Positions 7,873-16,838 of a DNA stretch of 32,000 bases are shown here, piece after piece (within the stretch, counting starts at the first letter, position 1; every line of letters starts with the position of its first letter). Position numbers and translations under genes: made by a program. A model generated the notes under the pieces. The model saw only the letters and a list, made by a program, of their open reading frames with translations. It ran no database searches and was not told where the DNA came from. Origin of the DNA: Bacteroidota bacterium (GTDB taxonomy: Bacteria; Bacteroidota; Bacteroidia; SXHM01); NCBI GenBank assembly GCA_947479755.1, contig CANKAM010000009.1, positions 36,464 through 68,463 of the forward strand, read 5' to 3'.

Positions 7873-10602
7873 TTAGTTCGCGTTCCTGTAAGTAACGGGG
7901 AATGATTGCAACTCGCCAAAAGTAATTTTAGGTTTACGGGCTCCTTTATCTTTTGCCTGTGCCAGCGGCTCTTTCACCAGATAATACTTCTGAATGCCTT
8001 CTACTTTACGTGGTGCAGCAAAGATCGGAACAAAGTTGTGGTCGATGCAAAAACGCACCAGTTGCTTCACGTTCTTTTGTCCGATTGCATCCAGCTCATC
8101 TACATAAATCACAATTTTGTTTTCAGGATCACTGTGAACTAAATCTTTCAGAATGTTCAGGAAGAGATACAATTTCAGAACAATGTTAGTTCCGCGCGAT
8201 TGCACCTGTTTAGACAAATCAATTTCTTCGCTTTCGCCTGTAACCTTTGTGATCTCAACTTTAATGGTAAACAAATCGGTGATGTCAACAGGCTTGCCTT
8301 TGCTGTCGGTTAATTGTTTTTCCAAAGCTGCTTTGCTTTCGCTGTAACCGTTGTCAAAATCAATTCCTCCCGTAAATTTCAAACGGGAGATTTTTTCAAG
8401 GTCTTGAATCATTTCTTCGTTCTCTACAATTTTCACACGCACACTCTGAATATTCGATACCGGATATTCAGCAAGCTTTGCGTTGTAGCTTTTATAGATA
8501 AACGTTTTAAAATCGTTGAACTGCGTAAGGAATGAATGGGTAGGGTTTCCAATCTCGTAAGAAAGCGTATCCAGCAGATTGCTGATAACCTTGTCCATCT
8601 GCGGAATATTGCTGATCTCCTCTTCTACCTCCGTAACAAACTCTCGTATATCCTGAATGTCTTTGTCCAGCTTTTTATTGATAGCATCTTTCAACTCTTT
8701 GCGTTGCTCGCGTGTTGCCCTGAAACTATCATACACACGATAGAAGCGGTCGTAGATTTTATCAAACGGCTCGTTTACTGTTTCGTCTGTTTGCAGAATA
8801 TCGTTCTTGGCAACAATGTGTTCGTATTGCTCGCGGTATTTTGAAAGATTGGCATGCAGCCTGTTCAGTTCAAGTTTACGTGAAGCCAATGTATCTTTCT
8901 CTTTTGTTATCTCCGCATCTTTCGCATCAATCTTGCGCTGAATATCACTCAGTGTTTTTCTCAGTTTGCTGTTTACCAATGCTTCGTTTTCTTTTTTAGC
9001 TGCAACCAACGAAGGTTTATCGTTAATCTTCTTAATCAGCTTTGCTGTATCAGAGATTGACTGAGCAAGTTTTTCAACCTGTTGCTGCAAGGTGCTGCGG
9101 TTTTTTATGGCCTCTAACTGAATGCTTTTTTCAGCAAGCTCTTTCTTCTTTGTTTTTACTTCATCCTGTAGTTGCTTAACCGTAGGAGGATGCTTCAGTT
9201 CAATTCCCTTCACATCAATTTTTCCATCAAAGAACGAAAGCGGTAAATCTGCTTTGGTAATTTTTTTCTTGATGTGTGACTTACTCAGAAAAGCAACATC
9301 ACTGCTCAGGTAAGTATAAACTTTGCTGATTACATCAGGCTTTGAGGAGATATTCTGATAAAGCAGGTTATCAAAATCCTTGATATTTTTTTGTTGCTGT
9401 TCAATTTCGTCATTCAGTTTTTTGATAGCGCCTTCTACTTCCTGCAACGTAAATTTACTACGGTCGAGTTGCATGATCTGTGCTTCAATATTAATGCGCT
9501 GACGGTTTTCTTCTTCATACTTCGCCATGATTCCCTGAAACATCAGGTTGTCTTCCGTAGGCTCAAAGTCTGCCACTTCAACTAACTGTTTATTTATTTC
9601 TTCAATGGCGTTGGTGGCGTTTGAAATCTGATTGTTCAGATTTGCTTTTTCGGTAATCAAATGGTCGCGCTGGTGTTTCAGCGTGTATTCAATTTTATTT
9701 TCCAGTTCACGGATAGACAATGAAAGCGGACTTTCAGAACCTGTCTTTTCCCACAGTTCCTTTTCAATGGCGTTAAAATGCAACACAAAGGTGTGCTTCA
9801 GTTTTGCCAAAATATGTTCTTCGGTTGAAAATTTATCGTTCAGCAATTTCAGCTTTTCAAAATCCTGTTTTACTGCCGAAAGATTATCCAGGTGATGTTT
9901 CTTTTTCTCGAACTCATTAATTTTCTCAAAGCTTGAACTGGTAAAAACATTCAGTGAAAGATCTTGTTTGTTATCAGCAATCAAAAGTGCATTCTTAAAA
10001 GACTTCTCGCTGATATCGCTGGTTTTAATAAGGTGGCGATAAATCTCTGTAAAGCTGTTAGAGAACGAACGGCCTTTGCGTTTAACTTCGCGCTTAATCC
10101 AAACCACAGGATTTTTTGTGCGGTCTGAGTTGTAAACCGTGTTGTAAAGGTCTTCTCCTTTCAGCAATACAGGCGGGTCAAGCGGATTTTGTTTGGTAAG
10201 TTCTTCCAGAATTTTGTCCCAACGTTTTACCTTGGACGAGTCAGCCGATTTCTGAATAAAGTTTTCTTCTTTAAATGCTCCGGGCAAACGGTAATACTCA
10301 ATTGTGTTTTCAGGAGTTGCCTTTGCCAGTATGCAATAATATTCGGTTTTAAAGATTTCAAAAATGATGAAACTGTGCAGACTTGTTCCGTCAAAATAGT
10401 GTTTCATGGAGTCCGCTAACTTTCGGTTATCCTCAAAACGCATCTGGTCTTTATCGGTGATATAAAGAAAATTGAGCGTGTTCAGGAACGAGCTTTTACC
10501 CACGTTGTTTTCCGCAGTCATCTGAATGCTGTGGTTCTGACCAATTTGAATTGCTGCCTTGGCATACAATTCTGAGTTTATAACTATGATTCTGTTTAGC
10601 AT
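7873..10602 (-). CDS. SMC/MukB/Rad50-like ABC ATPase with a long coiled-coil insertion
   Basis: 909 aa. Walker A-like AENNVGKSS is at aa 30-38 (nt 10489-10515). Walker B IVIYVDELD is at aa 830-838 (nt 8089-8115). A signature-like QSRGT lies about 30 aa upstream of Walker B. About 450-500 aa of K/E/Q/L-rich heptad-like sequence separates the two half-heads. Confidence 0.8.
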   Translation of the reverse strand: MLNRIIVINSELYAKAAIQIGQNHSIQMTAENNVGKSSFLNTLNFLYITDKDQMRFEDNRKLADSMKHYFDGTSLHSFIIFEIFKTEYYCILAKATPENTIEYYRLPGAFKEENFIQKSADSSKVKRWDKILEELTKQNPLDPPVLLKGEDLYNTVYNSDRTKNPVVWIKREVKRKGRSFSNSFTEIYRHLIKTSDISEKSFKNALLIADNKQDLSLNVFTSSSFEKINEFEKKKHHLDNLSAVKQDFEKLKLLNDKFSTEEHILAKLKHTFVLHFNAIEKELWEKTGSESPLSLSIRELENKIEYTLKHQRDHLITEKANLNNQISNATNAIEEINKQLVEVADFEPTEDNLMFQGIMAKYEEENRQRINIEAQIMQLDRSKFTLQEVEGAIKKLNDEIEQQQKNIKDFDNLLYQNISSKPDVISKVYTYLSSDVAFLSKSHIKKKITKADLPLSFFDGKIDVKGIELKHPPTVKQLQDEVKTKKKELAEKSIQLEAIKNRSTLQQQVEKLAQSISDTAKLIKKINDKPSLVAAKKENEALVNSKLRKTLSDIQRKIDAKDAEITKEKDTLASRKLELNRLHANLSKYREQYEHIVAKNDILQTDETVNEPFDKIYDRFYRVYDSFRATREQRKELKDAINKKLDKDIQDIREFVTEVEEEISNIPQMDKVISNLLDTLSYEIGNPTHSFLTQFNDFKTFIYKSYNAKLAEYPVSNIQSVRVKIVENEEMIQDLEKISRLKFTGGIDFDNGYSESKAALEKQLTDSKGKPVDITDLFTIKVEITKVTGESEEIDLSKQVQSRGTNIVLKLYLFLNILKDLVHSDPENKIVIYVDELDAIGQKNVKQLVRFCIDHNFVPIFAAPRKVEGIQKYYLVKEPLAQAKDKGARKPKITFGELQSFPVTYRNAN

Positions 10603-10661
10603 GGTACGTAGTATCTATAAAATGCAAAAAAATGATTTTTGAGTATAACTTGCAATTATGT

Positions 10662-10681
10662 TTATCAACCAATGTTGATAA
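10662..10681. promoter_or_regulatory. Candidate operator palindrome in the divergent intergenic region
   Basis: TTATCAAC-caat-GTTGATAA has perfect 8-bp inverted arms. It lies 60-80 bp upstream of the ATPase ATG (10602) and about 85 bp upstream of the epimerase start (10764). Confidence 0.3.
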
Positions 10682-10763
10682 CATTTTTGGGATAATTTGT
10701 TTTTCCGTTACTGCGGAACTATGTCAAGATGAATTCTGAATACTTTAGCACAAATTTTATTCG

Positions 10764-11777
10764 TTGAAACTCAGCTTCCGCCCTTATACACTGCAACTCA
10801 AAAATCCTTTCGGGTTGGCACATGGCACACGCAATACAACAGCCATTGTTTTAACACAACTGGAACATACAGGAATTATCGGTTGCGGTGAAGCCTCGCT
10901 CCCGCCCTATCATGGCGAAACGCAGGAAAGTGTGAAAGCATTTCTTTCTAAACTGGAGTTGGAACAATTTGAAGATCCGCTGCAAACCGGAAAGATATTA
11001 TCCTACGTTGATAAAATTGAAAAGGGAAACAATGCCGCCAAAGCATCCATAGATATTGCACTGCACGATTTAGTCGGGAAGATTTTAAGAAAACCCTGCT
11101 ATGAACTTTTCGGAATAAAAAACCCGGAGAAAAAATTATCAAGTTATACCATTGCCATTGATGAGTTGAAAAATCTGCCGAGGAAAATAAAAGAGGCAAA
11201 AGATTTTAAAATCCTGAAAATAAAACTGGGAACAACCGATGATGAAAAGATTGTTCACATTGTAAAAAACGAATGCAACAAACCCTTGTATGCCGATGCC
11301 AATCAGGGCTGGAAGGATAAAATCATGGCATTGGAAATGTTGCACATGCTTAAAGAAAATGGTTTTGAAGTAGTAGAACAACCCATGCCTGTTAATTGCG
11401 CAGACGATGATATGATGTGGCTGAAAGAAAAAAGTCCATTACCACTTTTGGCTGATGAATCGGTTAAGCGTTTTTATGATATAGAAAAAGCCAAAGACCT
11501 TTTTCATGGTATCAACATCAAACTGATGAAATCAACAGGAATGGCGGAAGCACATAAAATGATTTTTCGTGCACGGGAACTGAACATGAAAATAATGCTG
11601 GGCTGCATGACCGAAACATCGTGTGCAATTCTGGCGGCTTCACATCTTTCTTCTTTTGCTGATTATGTTGACCTTGACGGATCATTTCTTATCAGCAACA
11701 ATCCTTTTAAAAATCCTGAGTTAATTGATGGTTGCATTATTCCTTCAGAAAAACCGGGAATTGGTTTGGAGTCTTAA
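10764..11777 (+). CDS. Dipeptide epimerase (L-Ala-D/L-Glu epimerase-like), enolase superfamily
   Basis: 337 aa with a TTG start. It has enolase-superfamily capping and barrel pattern: IKLG, ADANQGW, EQP, LADES and the KLMK catalytic-lysine context. Confidence 0.8.
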   Translation: MKLSFRPYTLQLKNPFGLAHGTRNTTAIVLTQLEHTGIIGCGEASLPPYHGETQESVKAFLSKLELEQFEDPLQTGKILSYVDKIEKGNNAAKASIDIALHDLVGKILRKPCYELFGIKNPEKKLSSYTIAIDELKNLPRKIKEAKDFKILKIKLGTTDDEKIVHIVKNECNKPLYADANQGWKDKIMALEMLHMLKENGFEVVEQPMPVNCADDDMMWLKEKSPLPLLADESVKRFYDIEKAKDLFHGINIKLMKSTGMAEAHKMIFRARELNMKIMLGCMTETSCAILAASHLSSFADYVDLDGSFLISNNPFKNPELIDGCIIPSEKPGIGLES

Positions 11778-11817
11778 ATAAATCTTATTTTTGATTCTGA
11801 AACCAAATCCAAATCAC

Positions 11818-12123
11818 ATGAAAAAACGAATACTTACTATTCTGCTGATTTTTTCAGCCGGTTTTCTTTTTGCACAAAAAGAAGAGTGGAAACAACACTT
11901 TGATAAATTAAAAGAAGTTGACCCGCTTGAAGATGCTTTTTATGAAAGTCCCGATGCGTCTAAGATTCCTGATATAAAGGCAAAATACCAGGAGGCTATC
12001 AGTCTGATTGAACAGGTTGAATCAAAATCATCGGATTATAAAGATGCTGCTACTTACCAAAAAGCCTCGATTCTTACCAGCATAAGTTATTTATATAAGG
12101 AACTAAAGGATTTTGAAAAATAG
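11818..12123 (+). CDS. Signal-peptide-bearing N-terminal fragment of an interrupted gene; ends at an in-frame TAG
   Basis: MKKRILTILLIFSAGFLFAQ is a signal peptide starting at the ATG at 11818 (the ORF track begins at a TTG at 11791). The frame is the same as the following ORF. Confidence 0.6.
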   Translation: MKKRILTILLIFSAGFLFAQKEEWKQHFDKLKEVDPLEDAFYESPDASKIPDIKAKYQEAISLIEQVESKSSDYKDAATYQKASILTSISYLYKELKDFEK

Positions 12124-12222
12124 GAAGAATATGTTACAAAGTCTATTAATCTTTGGCCTTACTTCAGTTCACTTAGCCTTACTTCAATTGAAAAACATCT
12201 GGAATTCAGCGACTCTAATCCT

Positions 12223-13587
12223 TTGGATGAAGAATATACATCTATGATTTACCTTGGTGTTTTTTCAGCATATGAAAATAAAAACTACAGCCTTATTTAT
12301 GAACTGGAAAAACTTTATGAACCGGTTAAAAAGAATTTAGACGGGCTCAATGAATGGCTGATTATTTATGACATCGCACGAACCTACGACATTGATAAAA
12401 GCAATCAGGAGAAAGCAGAACATTGGGTTAAAGCATTAGAAAAATGGCCTGCTGTAGATAGTGACGGCAAAAAACGAAATGAGGGTCCGTTTAATTATAT
12501 GGTAAAAAAAATAAACGGAATGAGCACAACTGACAATAGCTTAATGCTGCGCGCTGCTTACGCCTTATATGCTGTTGAAAAATATGCGGAGGCTGATAAA
12601 TGGTTTGGCAATTATGCAAAGTCAGCAAGTTCACCAACACTTGTTGCAGGCTGGGATTATTCAGAATCAGCTATGAAAGAACCCGACAAAACCGATGCAA
12701 GAAATGCGGTGAATATTATTGAACAACATACTTCAGGTTTTTCGGAATATGAATGGGAACGATTACAAAAAGTTTATGAGTTTATTGGCGATATCGCCAA
12801 AGTTCAGGAAATAAAAAACAAAATTGCCGAAGCCCGAAGAAAAGCAGAAGAAGACCGCAGATTGCAGGCAAAGCGTGATGAAGAAGAACGCAAACGCAGA
12901 GAAAGGGCTGAACGGAAAGCAAACGCACGCGAAAATTTTTCAGTTGCTGTTGCCACCAATCCGTTCATGTACATTTGGAATGATTATCCGGTAAGTCTTG
13001 ATATCCGTTTCGGAAGAATTGTAAATGAATTCAGAGTGAACTTTTCAAACACCACTGATAAAGGAGACAAATATCGTTTCGGGCAATATAAATTAGGTAG
13101 CGGTTCAAATAATGCTTCTAATCCATATAAATATAAAGGGATGGAATATTCTTATACGCTGAAAATTCTTGCAAGAAAAATGCAAACAAAAAGTGTTGGC
13201 AGAAGAAAACAAATAATGGCTGGTTATGTAGGATTTCAGCCGCGCTATGCAAAATATAATTTCGCATCAGAGCCATATACATTTACAAACTCTACCACCA
13301 TGATTCCTGAGACATTTAATACTATCAGTGCTTCTGCAACACGCTACGAATTTTGTATTCTTGGAGGATTCTTAGGTGATAATCTTGGAGGATTTTTTCA
13401 TATTGATTATTACTTTGGTGTGGGTGTAGGATACCGCAAACTGGATATTTCATCAACAGATGCCACATTCAATTACAGCAATTACAGCTTTGACGATAAT
13501 GGCGACAAGCGATTTGACCCCGACAGATGGAACAAAATATATGTGCCTGTTAGGTTTGGTTTCAGGATTGGGATAAATCTTTTGTGA
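12223..13587 (+). CDS. TPR-like / charged-helix / C-terminal beta-barrel-like protein; continuation of the preceding ORF
   Basis: The frame is open from 12124, immediately after the TAG at 12121-12123. The protein has a helical repeat region, a KRE-rich segment (EARRKAEEDRRLQAKRDEEERKRRERAERK) and a C-terminal alternating-hydrophobic region ending VPVRFGFRIGINLL. Confidence 0.6.
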   Translation: MDEEYTSMIYLGVFSAYENKNYSLIYELEKLYEPVKKNLDGLNEWLIIYDIARTYDIDKSNQEKAEHWVKALEKWPAVDSDGKKRNEGPFNYMVKKINGMSTTDNSLMLRAAYALYAVEKYAEADKWFGNYAKSASSPTLVAGWDYSESAMKEPDKTDARNAVNIIEQHTSGFSEYEWERLQKVYEFIGDIAKVQEIKNKIAEARRKAEEDRRLQAKRDEEERKRRERAERKANARENFSVAVATNPFMYIWNDYPVSLDIRFGRIVNEFRVNFSNTTDKGDKYRFGQYKLGSGSNNASNPYKYKGMEYSYTLKILARKMQTKSVGRRKQIMAGYVGFQPRYAKYNFASEPYTFTNSTTMIPETFNTISASATRYEFCILGGFLGDNLGGFFHIDYYFGVGVGYRKLDISSTDATFNYSNYSFDDNGDKRFDPDRWNKIYVPVRFGFRIGINLL

Positions 13588-13650
13588 TTTTCGTAATTGC
13601 CTGAAAATTGTATATTTGATACATTATTAATCCCCTAAAAAACCAAAACC

Positions 13651-13908
13651 ATGTTTTTCGCAGTTAAACACACCATCAGCAATCCGGGAGAATTCTGGAC
13701 ACGCGCACAGGCAGCATTGCCAAATCTTCCTGAAGGAATAAAAATTCACAGCGTATTACCTAATGCAGCAGGAGATGATGCCGTTTGTGTATGGGAAGCT
13801 AATGATCTTGAACATATAACTTCTTTTCTGGAAACTAACACAGGCGATGTTTCACACAACCACTATATTGTGGTGAATGATGCAACCGCAATGGGCTTAC
13901 CTAAGTAA
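13651..13908 (+). CDS. Small hypothetical protein
   Basis: 85-aa ORF with an ATG start in an otherwise empty intergenic slot. Its 3' end overlaps the convergent ABC-F gene by 8 nt. No motif recognised. Confidence 0.5.
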   Translation: MFFAVKHTISNPGEFWTRAQAALPNLPEGIKIHSVLPNAAGDDAVCVWEANDLEHITSFLETNTGDVSHNHYIVVNDATAMGLPK

Positions 13909-15868
13909 GGTTTCCGACACTTAGTTGCAGTTTTTCGAGCGCGTTTTGGTGTCTGTCCCAGACTTCCATTTCGCGCTCTAAATTTTTCTTGAGTTCGTTG
14001 TAACGTTCAAAAACAGTAGCATCTTTCAGTGCTTCGCTATAAAATTCAGGGTCAAGCAGATTGTCGTCCATTTCTTTTATAAGTTGCTCCAAACGCTCAA
14101 TTTCTTTTTCGTTTTTCTGAACTGCTGCTTGCGCATGCTTCAGTTCTTTTTCCAGCTTTTTCTTTTCCTCCTGTTCGTGCTTTGATTCAAACTTTTCCTT
14201 CTCTTTTTCTTTCTTATCAGCACCATTGGCAGCGGCTTTTACTTCCAACTGTGCAAGGTTCTGAATTTTGCGAGAAGCAAGGAATGCCTGCAGATCACCA
14301 ATATGTGTTTTGATATTTCCGTTGCGGAATTCATACACTTTATCGGTTAGTCCCTGTAAAAAATCACGGTCGTGCGAAACAACAATGAGCGTTCCGTCAT
14401 ACTTCATCAGTGCACTCTTCAGCATTTCTTTCGAGCGCATATCCAAGTGGTTGGTGGGCTCGTCCATAATAAGCAGGTTGTAAGGCTGCAACAACAATTT
14501 ACAAAGCGCAAGACGGTTTTTTTCTCCACCCGAAAGCACTTTTACTTTTTTGTCAACCGCATCGCCTCCAAACAAAAACGAACCTAACAAACTGCGCACG
14601 TTTTTGCGTACATCACCTTCTGCCACATCGTCAATGGTTTGAAAAACTGTTTTTTCTCCATCCAGAATTTCAGCCTGATTTTGTGCGAAATAACCAATCT
14701 TCACATTGTAGCCTATGGTCATCTTACCTTCATACGTTTCAACACCTGCAATAATTTTTGAAAGGGTTGACTTTCCTTCACCGTTTTTACCTACAAAAGC
14801 AATGCGCTCTTCGCGCTCAATCATAAAATCCACTTTGCTGAAAATGGTTTTTTCTCCATACCGCTTGGCAATGTTCTCGGCTTCCACCAAAACTTTTCCT
14901 GAACGGGGTGCAGGCGGAAATTTGAATCGCAGCGTAGCATTATCTTCTTCGTCCACTTCAATGCGGTCTATCTTATCCAGCTTCTTAATTAAGCTCTGCG
15001 CCATGGAAGCCTTGCTGGCTTTTGCTCGGAATTTATTGATGAGCATCTCGGTGTGCTCAATATATTTTTCCTGATTGGCAAAGGCAGCCTGCTGCTGCTC
15101 CCTGCGTTCTGCGCGCAATTGCACGTATTTTGAATAGTTGGCTTTGTAATCGTAAATCTTTCCAAGCGAAATTTCAATTGTACGTGTGGTAATATTATCA
15201 AGGAAAGCCCTGTCGTGCGATACCAGCACCACTGCTCCGTAGTAGTTTTTCAAAAAATCCTCAAGCCATTGAATGGACTCAATATCCAAGTGATTGGTAG
15301 GCTCATCCAGCAACATAACGCTTGGTTTCTGCAACAGAATTTTTGCCAGTTCAATACGCATGCGCCATCCACCGCTGAACTCATCAGTAAGGCGGGTTAA
15401 ATCGCTGCGCTCAAATCCCAAACCGAACAATACCAGTTCAATATCACTCTGCATGGTGTAGCCACCAATCAGGTTATAGCGCTCGTTGGCATCGTTCATC
15501 TTCACAATAAGGTCGGAATAGGAATCGCTTTCGTAATCGGTGCGAATGCCCAACTGCTCATTATAATGCTCAATTTTTTTCTCCAGATCTTTGGCTTCAA
15601 CGAAGGCCGTTTCGGTTTCATCGAAAACGGTCTTGCCCAATCTCAGGTGCATTTCCTGAGGAAGATAACCCAAGGTGCAATCGTTCTGAATAGCCACTTC
15701 TCCCTCGGTGGGATTCTGCTCCTTGGCCAGTATTTTCAACATGGTTGATTTTCCTGCACCGTTCTTCCCAGTAAGCCCAATGCGGTCGCGGGAGTTTACA
15801 AGAAAAGAAACATCATCGAAAAGGTCGCTGCCACCAAATTGAACCGAAAGCCTGTTAACTGAAATCAT
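13901..15868 (-). CDS. ABC-F family ATPase with two ABC domains and no transmembrane domain
   Basis: Two Walker A loops (GKNGAGKST, GKNGEGKST), two signatures (FSGGWRMR, LSGGEKNR) and two Walker B motifs (MLLDEPTNHLD, LIMDEPTNHLD). There is a K/E-rich C-terminal coiled coil. The ATG at 15868 (MISVNRLSVQFGG) is preferred over the TTG at 15889. Confidence 0.92.
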   Translation of the reverse strand: MISVNRLSVQFGGSDLFDDVSFLVNSRDRIGLTGKNGAGKSTMLKILAKEQNPTEGEVAIQNDCTLGYLPQEMHLRLGKTVFDETETAFVEAKDLEKKIEHYNEQLGIRTDYESDSYSDLIVKMNDANERYNLIGGYTMQSDIELVLFGLGFERSDLTRLTDEFSGGWRMRIELAKILLQKPSVMLLDEPTNHLDIESIQWLEDFLKNYYGAVVLVSHDRAFLDNITTRTIEISLGKIYDYKANYSKYVQLRAERREQQQAAFANQEKYIEHTEMLINKFRAKASKASMAQSLIKKLDKIDRIEVDEEDNATLRFKFPPAPRSGKVLVEAENIAKRYGEKTIFSKVDFMIEREERIAFVGKNGEGKSTLSKIIAGVETYEGKMTIGYNVKIGYFAQNQAEILDGEKTVFQTIDDVAEGDVRKNVRSLLGSFLFGGDAVDKKVKVLSGGEKNRLALCKLLLQPYNLLIMDEPTNHLDMRSKEMLKSALMKYDGTLIVVSHDRDFLQGLTDKVYEFRNGNIKTHIGDLQAFLASRKIQNLAQLEVKAAANGADKKEKEKEKFESKHEQEEKKKLEKELKHAQAAVQKNEKEIERLEQLIKEMDDNLLDPEFYSEALKDATVFERYNELKKNLEREMEVWDRHQNALEKLQLSVGNLT

Positions 15869-15970
15869 TTTTTTTACGAAAGGGCGCAAAAGTAATCATT
15901 TGACCTATCCACAGAGCTATTATTCATCGCCAAAAATTTATACTTTATCTATTAAATAATCTTGCTTGTA

Positions 15971-15978
15971 TAATTTTG
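15971..15978 (+). promoter_or_regulatory. Possible Bacteroidota -7 promoter box (TAnnTTTG) for the arsR-like gene
   Basis: TAATTTTG matches TAnnTTTG. It sits in a very AT-rich 170-bp divergent intergenic region, about 80 bp upstream of the ATG at 16059. I could not identify a clear -33 TTTG partner. Confidence 0.25.
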
Positions 15979-16058
15979 TAACATATTAACTTTATATTTA
16001 TAGTATTGTATTGAAAATTTAATTATTAATAATTTACACTAACTTAACACCACACACC

Positions 16059-16343
16059 ATGCAAATCAATGAAAAAACCATCGCAGCAGTGCTGCGTGCA
16101 GGAGGTCATCCCATCCGCGTGCAGATTCTGGAATTATTAAACTTAGAAGGCGAAGTATCTGTAAATGATGTTGTCAAAAAAATCGATTCAGAACAATCGC
16201 TTACCTCACACCACCTTATGCTGCTTACTAAAGCAGGATATATTAAAGGGAAAAGAAGCGGGAAATTTATTTATTACTCTATTGCCTCAAGGGAGCTTTA
16301 TGGTTTACTTGGGGTTGTAAAGAAGTATTTAAAAGATCAATAA
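16059..16343 (+). CDS. ArsR/SmtB-family winged-helix transcriptional regulator
   Basis: 94 aa. HPIRVQILELL...VSVNDVVKKIDSEQSLTSHHLMLLTKAGYI is the typical ArsR HTH pattern. Confidence 0.8.
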   Translation: MQINEKTIAAVLRAGGHPIRVQILELLNLEGEVSVNDVVKKIDSEQSLTSHHLMLLTKAGYIKGKRSGKFIYYSIASRELYGLLGVVKKYLKDQ

Positions 16344-16382
16344 AATTAATCCGGAAAATACTTAGCAGTATAATCCGGAAAA

Positions 16383-16838
16383 ATGATGAAAAGACTGAAT
16401 AAAATAGTCTTCATTGATGATGATATTCCTACCAATGAGTATCATAAGTTTATTGTCAAAAAGGCAAATGTAGCCCGTGATTCGCTTTTCTTCACAACTG
16501 CAGAAGACGCACTGGTTTACCTTTCTGACATAAAAACAAAATACGATTTTCCCAACCTTATTTTTATTGACATAAACATGCCCGGCATGAGCGGGCATGA
16601 ATTTATTGATGCGGTACGCTCACTTCCCAACTATAATGAAAGCCGCACGGAGCTGGCATATTTAGCAACAACCATGACCAATCAGGATGTTTCTGCTTAT
16701 GCAGCCAATGGCATGAAATATTATTATTTCAAAACCATAACGGCCGTTAATCTTTGCAAAATAGTTACCGAAATTTTCAACATTGAAACGGTTAACGAAC
16801 CAATTGCTGTTACTGACCAGCGCGCACGTAGAATATGA
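16383..16838 (+). CDS. Single-domain response regulator (receiver only)
   Basis: 151 aa. Acidic pocket FIDDD, phospho-acceptor context LIFIDINMPGMSG. No output domain. Confidence 0.8.
   Translation: MMKRLNKIVFIDDDIPTNEYHKFIVKKANVARDSLFFTTAEDALVYLSDIKTKYDFPNLIFIDINMPGMSGHEFIDAVRSLPNYNESRTELAYLATTMTNQDVSAYAANGMKYYYFKTITAVNLCKIVTEIFNIETVNEPIAVTDQRARRI

Noticed and set aside
10496-10684. 62-aa minus-strand ORF spanning the ATPase start region
   Set aside because: It is out of frame with, and overlaps, the N-terminus of the 909-aa ATPase, including its Walker A coding region. It is most likely spurious.
12121-12123. Genome-wide TAG reassignment as the explanation for the in-frame stop
   Set aside because: TAG terminates several well-delimited genes in the same window (ends at 19619, 24676 and 25176; also 13901-13903 and 30875-30877 on the minus strand). 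A local mutation, sequencing error or readthrough is more likely.
15905-15913. DnaA-box-like CTATCCACA in an AT-rich 170-bp intergenic region; possible oriC
   Set aside because: I found only a single 8/9 match to TTATCCACA and no cluster of boxes. No dnaA or dnaN is nearby. The AT-richness is explained by a divergent promoter region.
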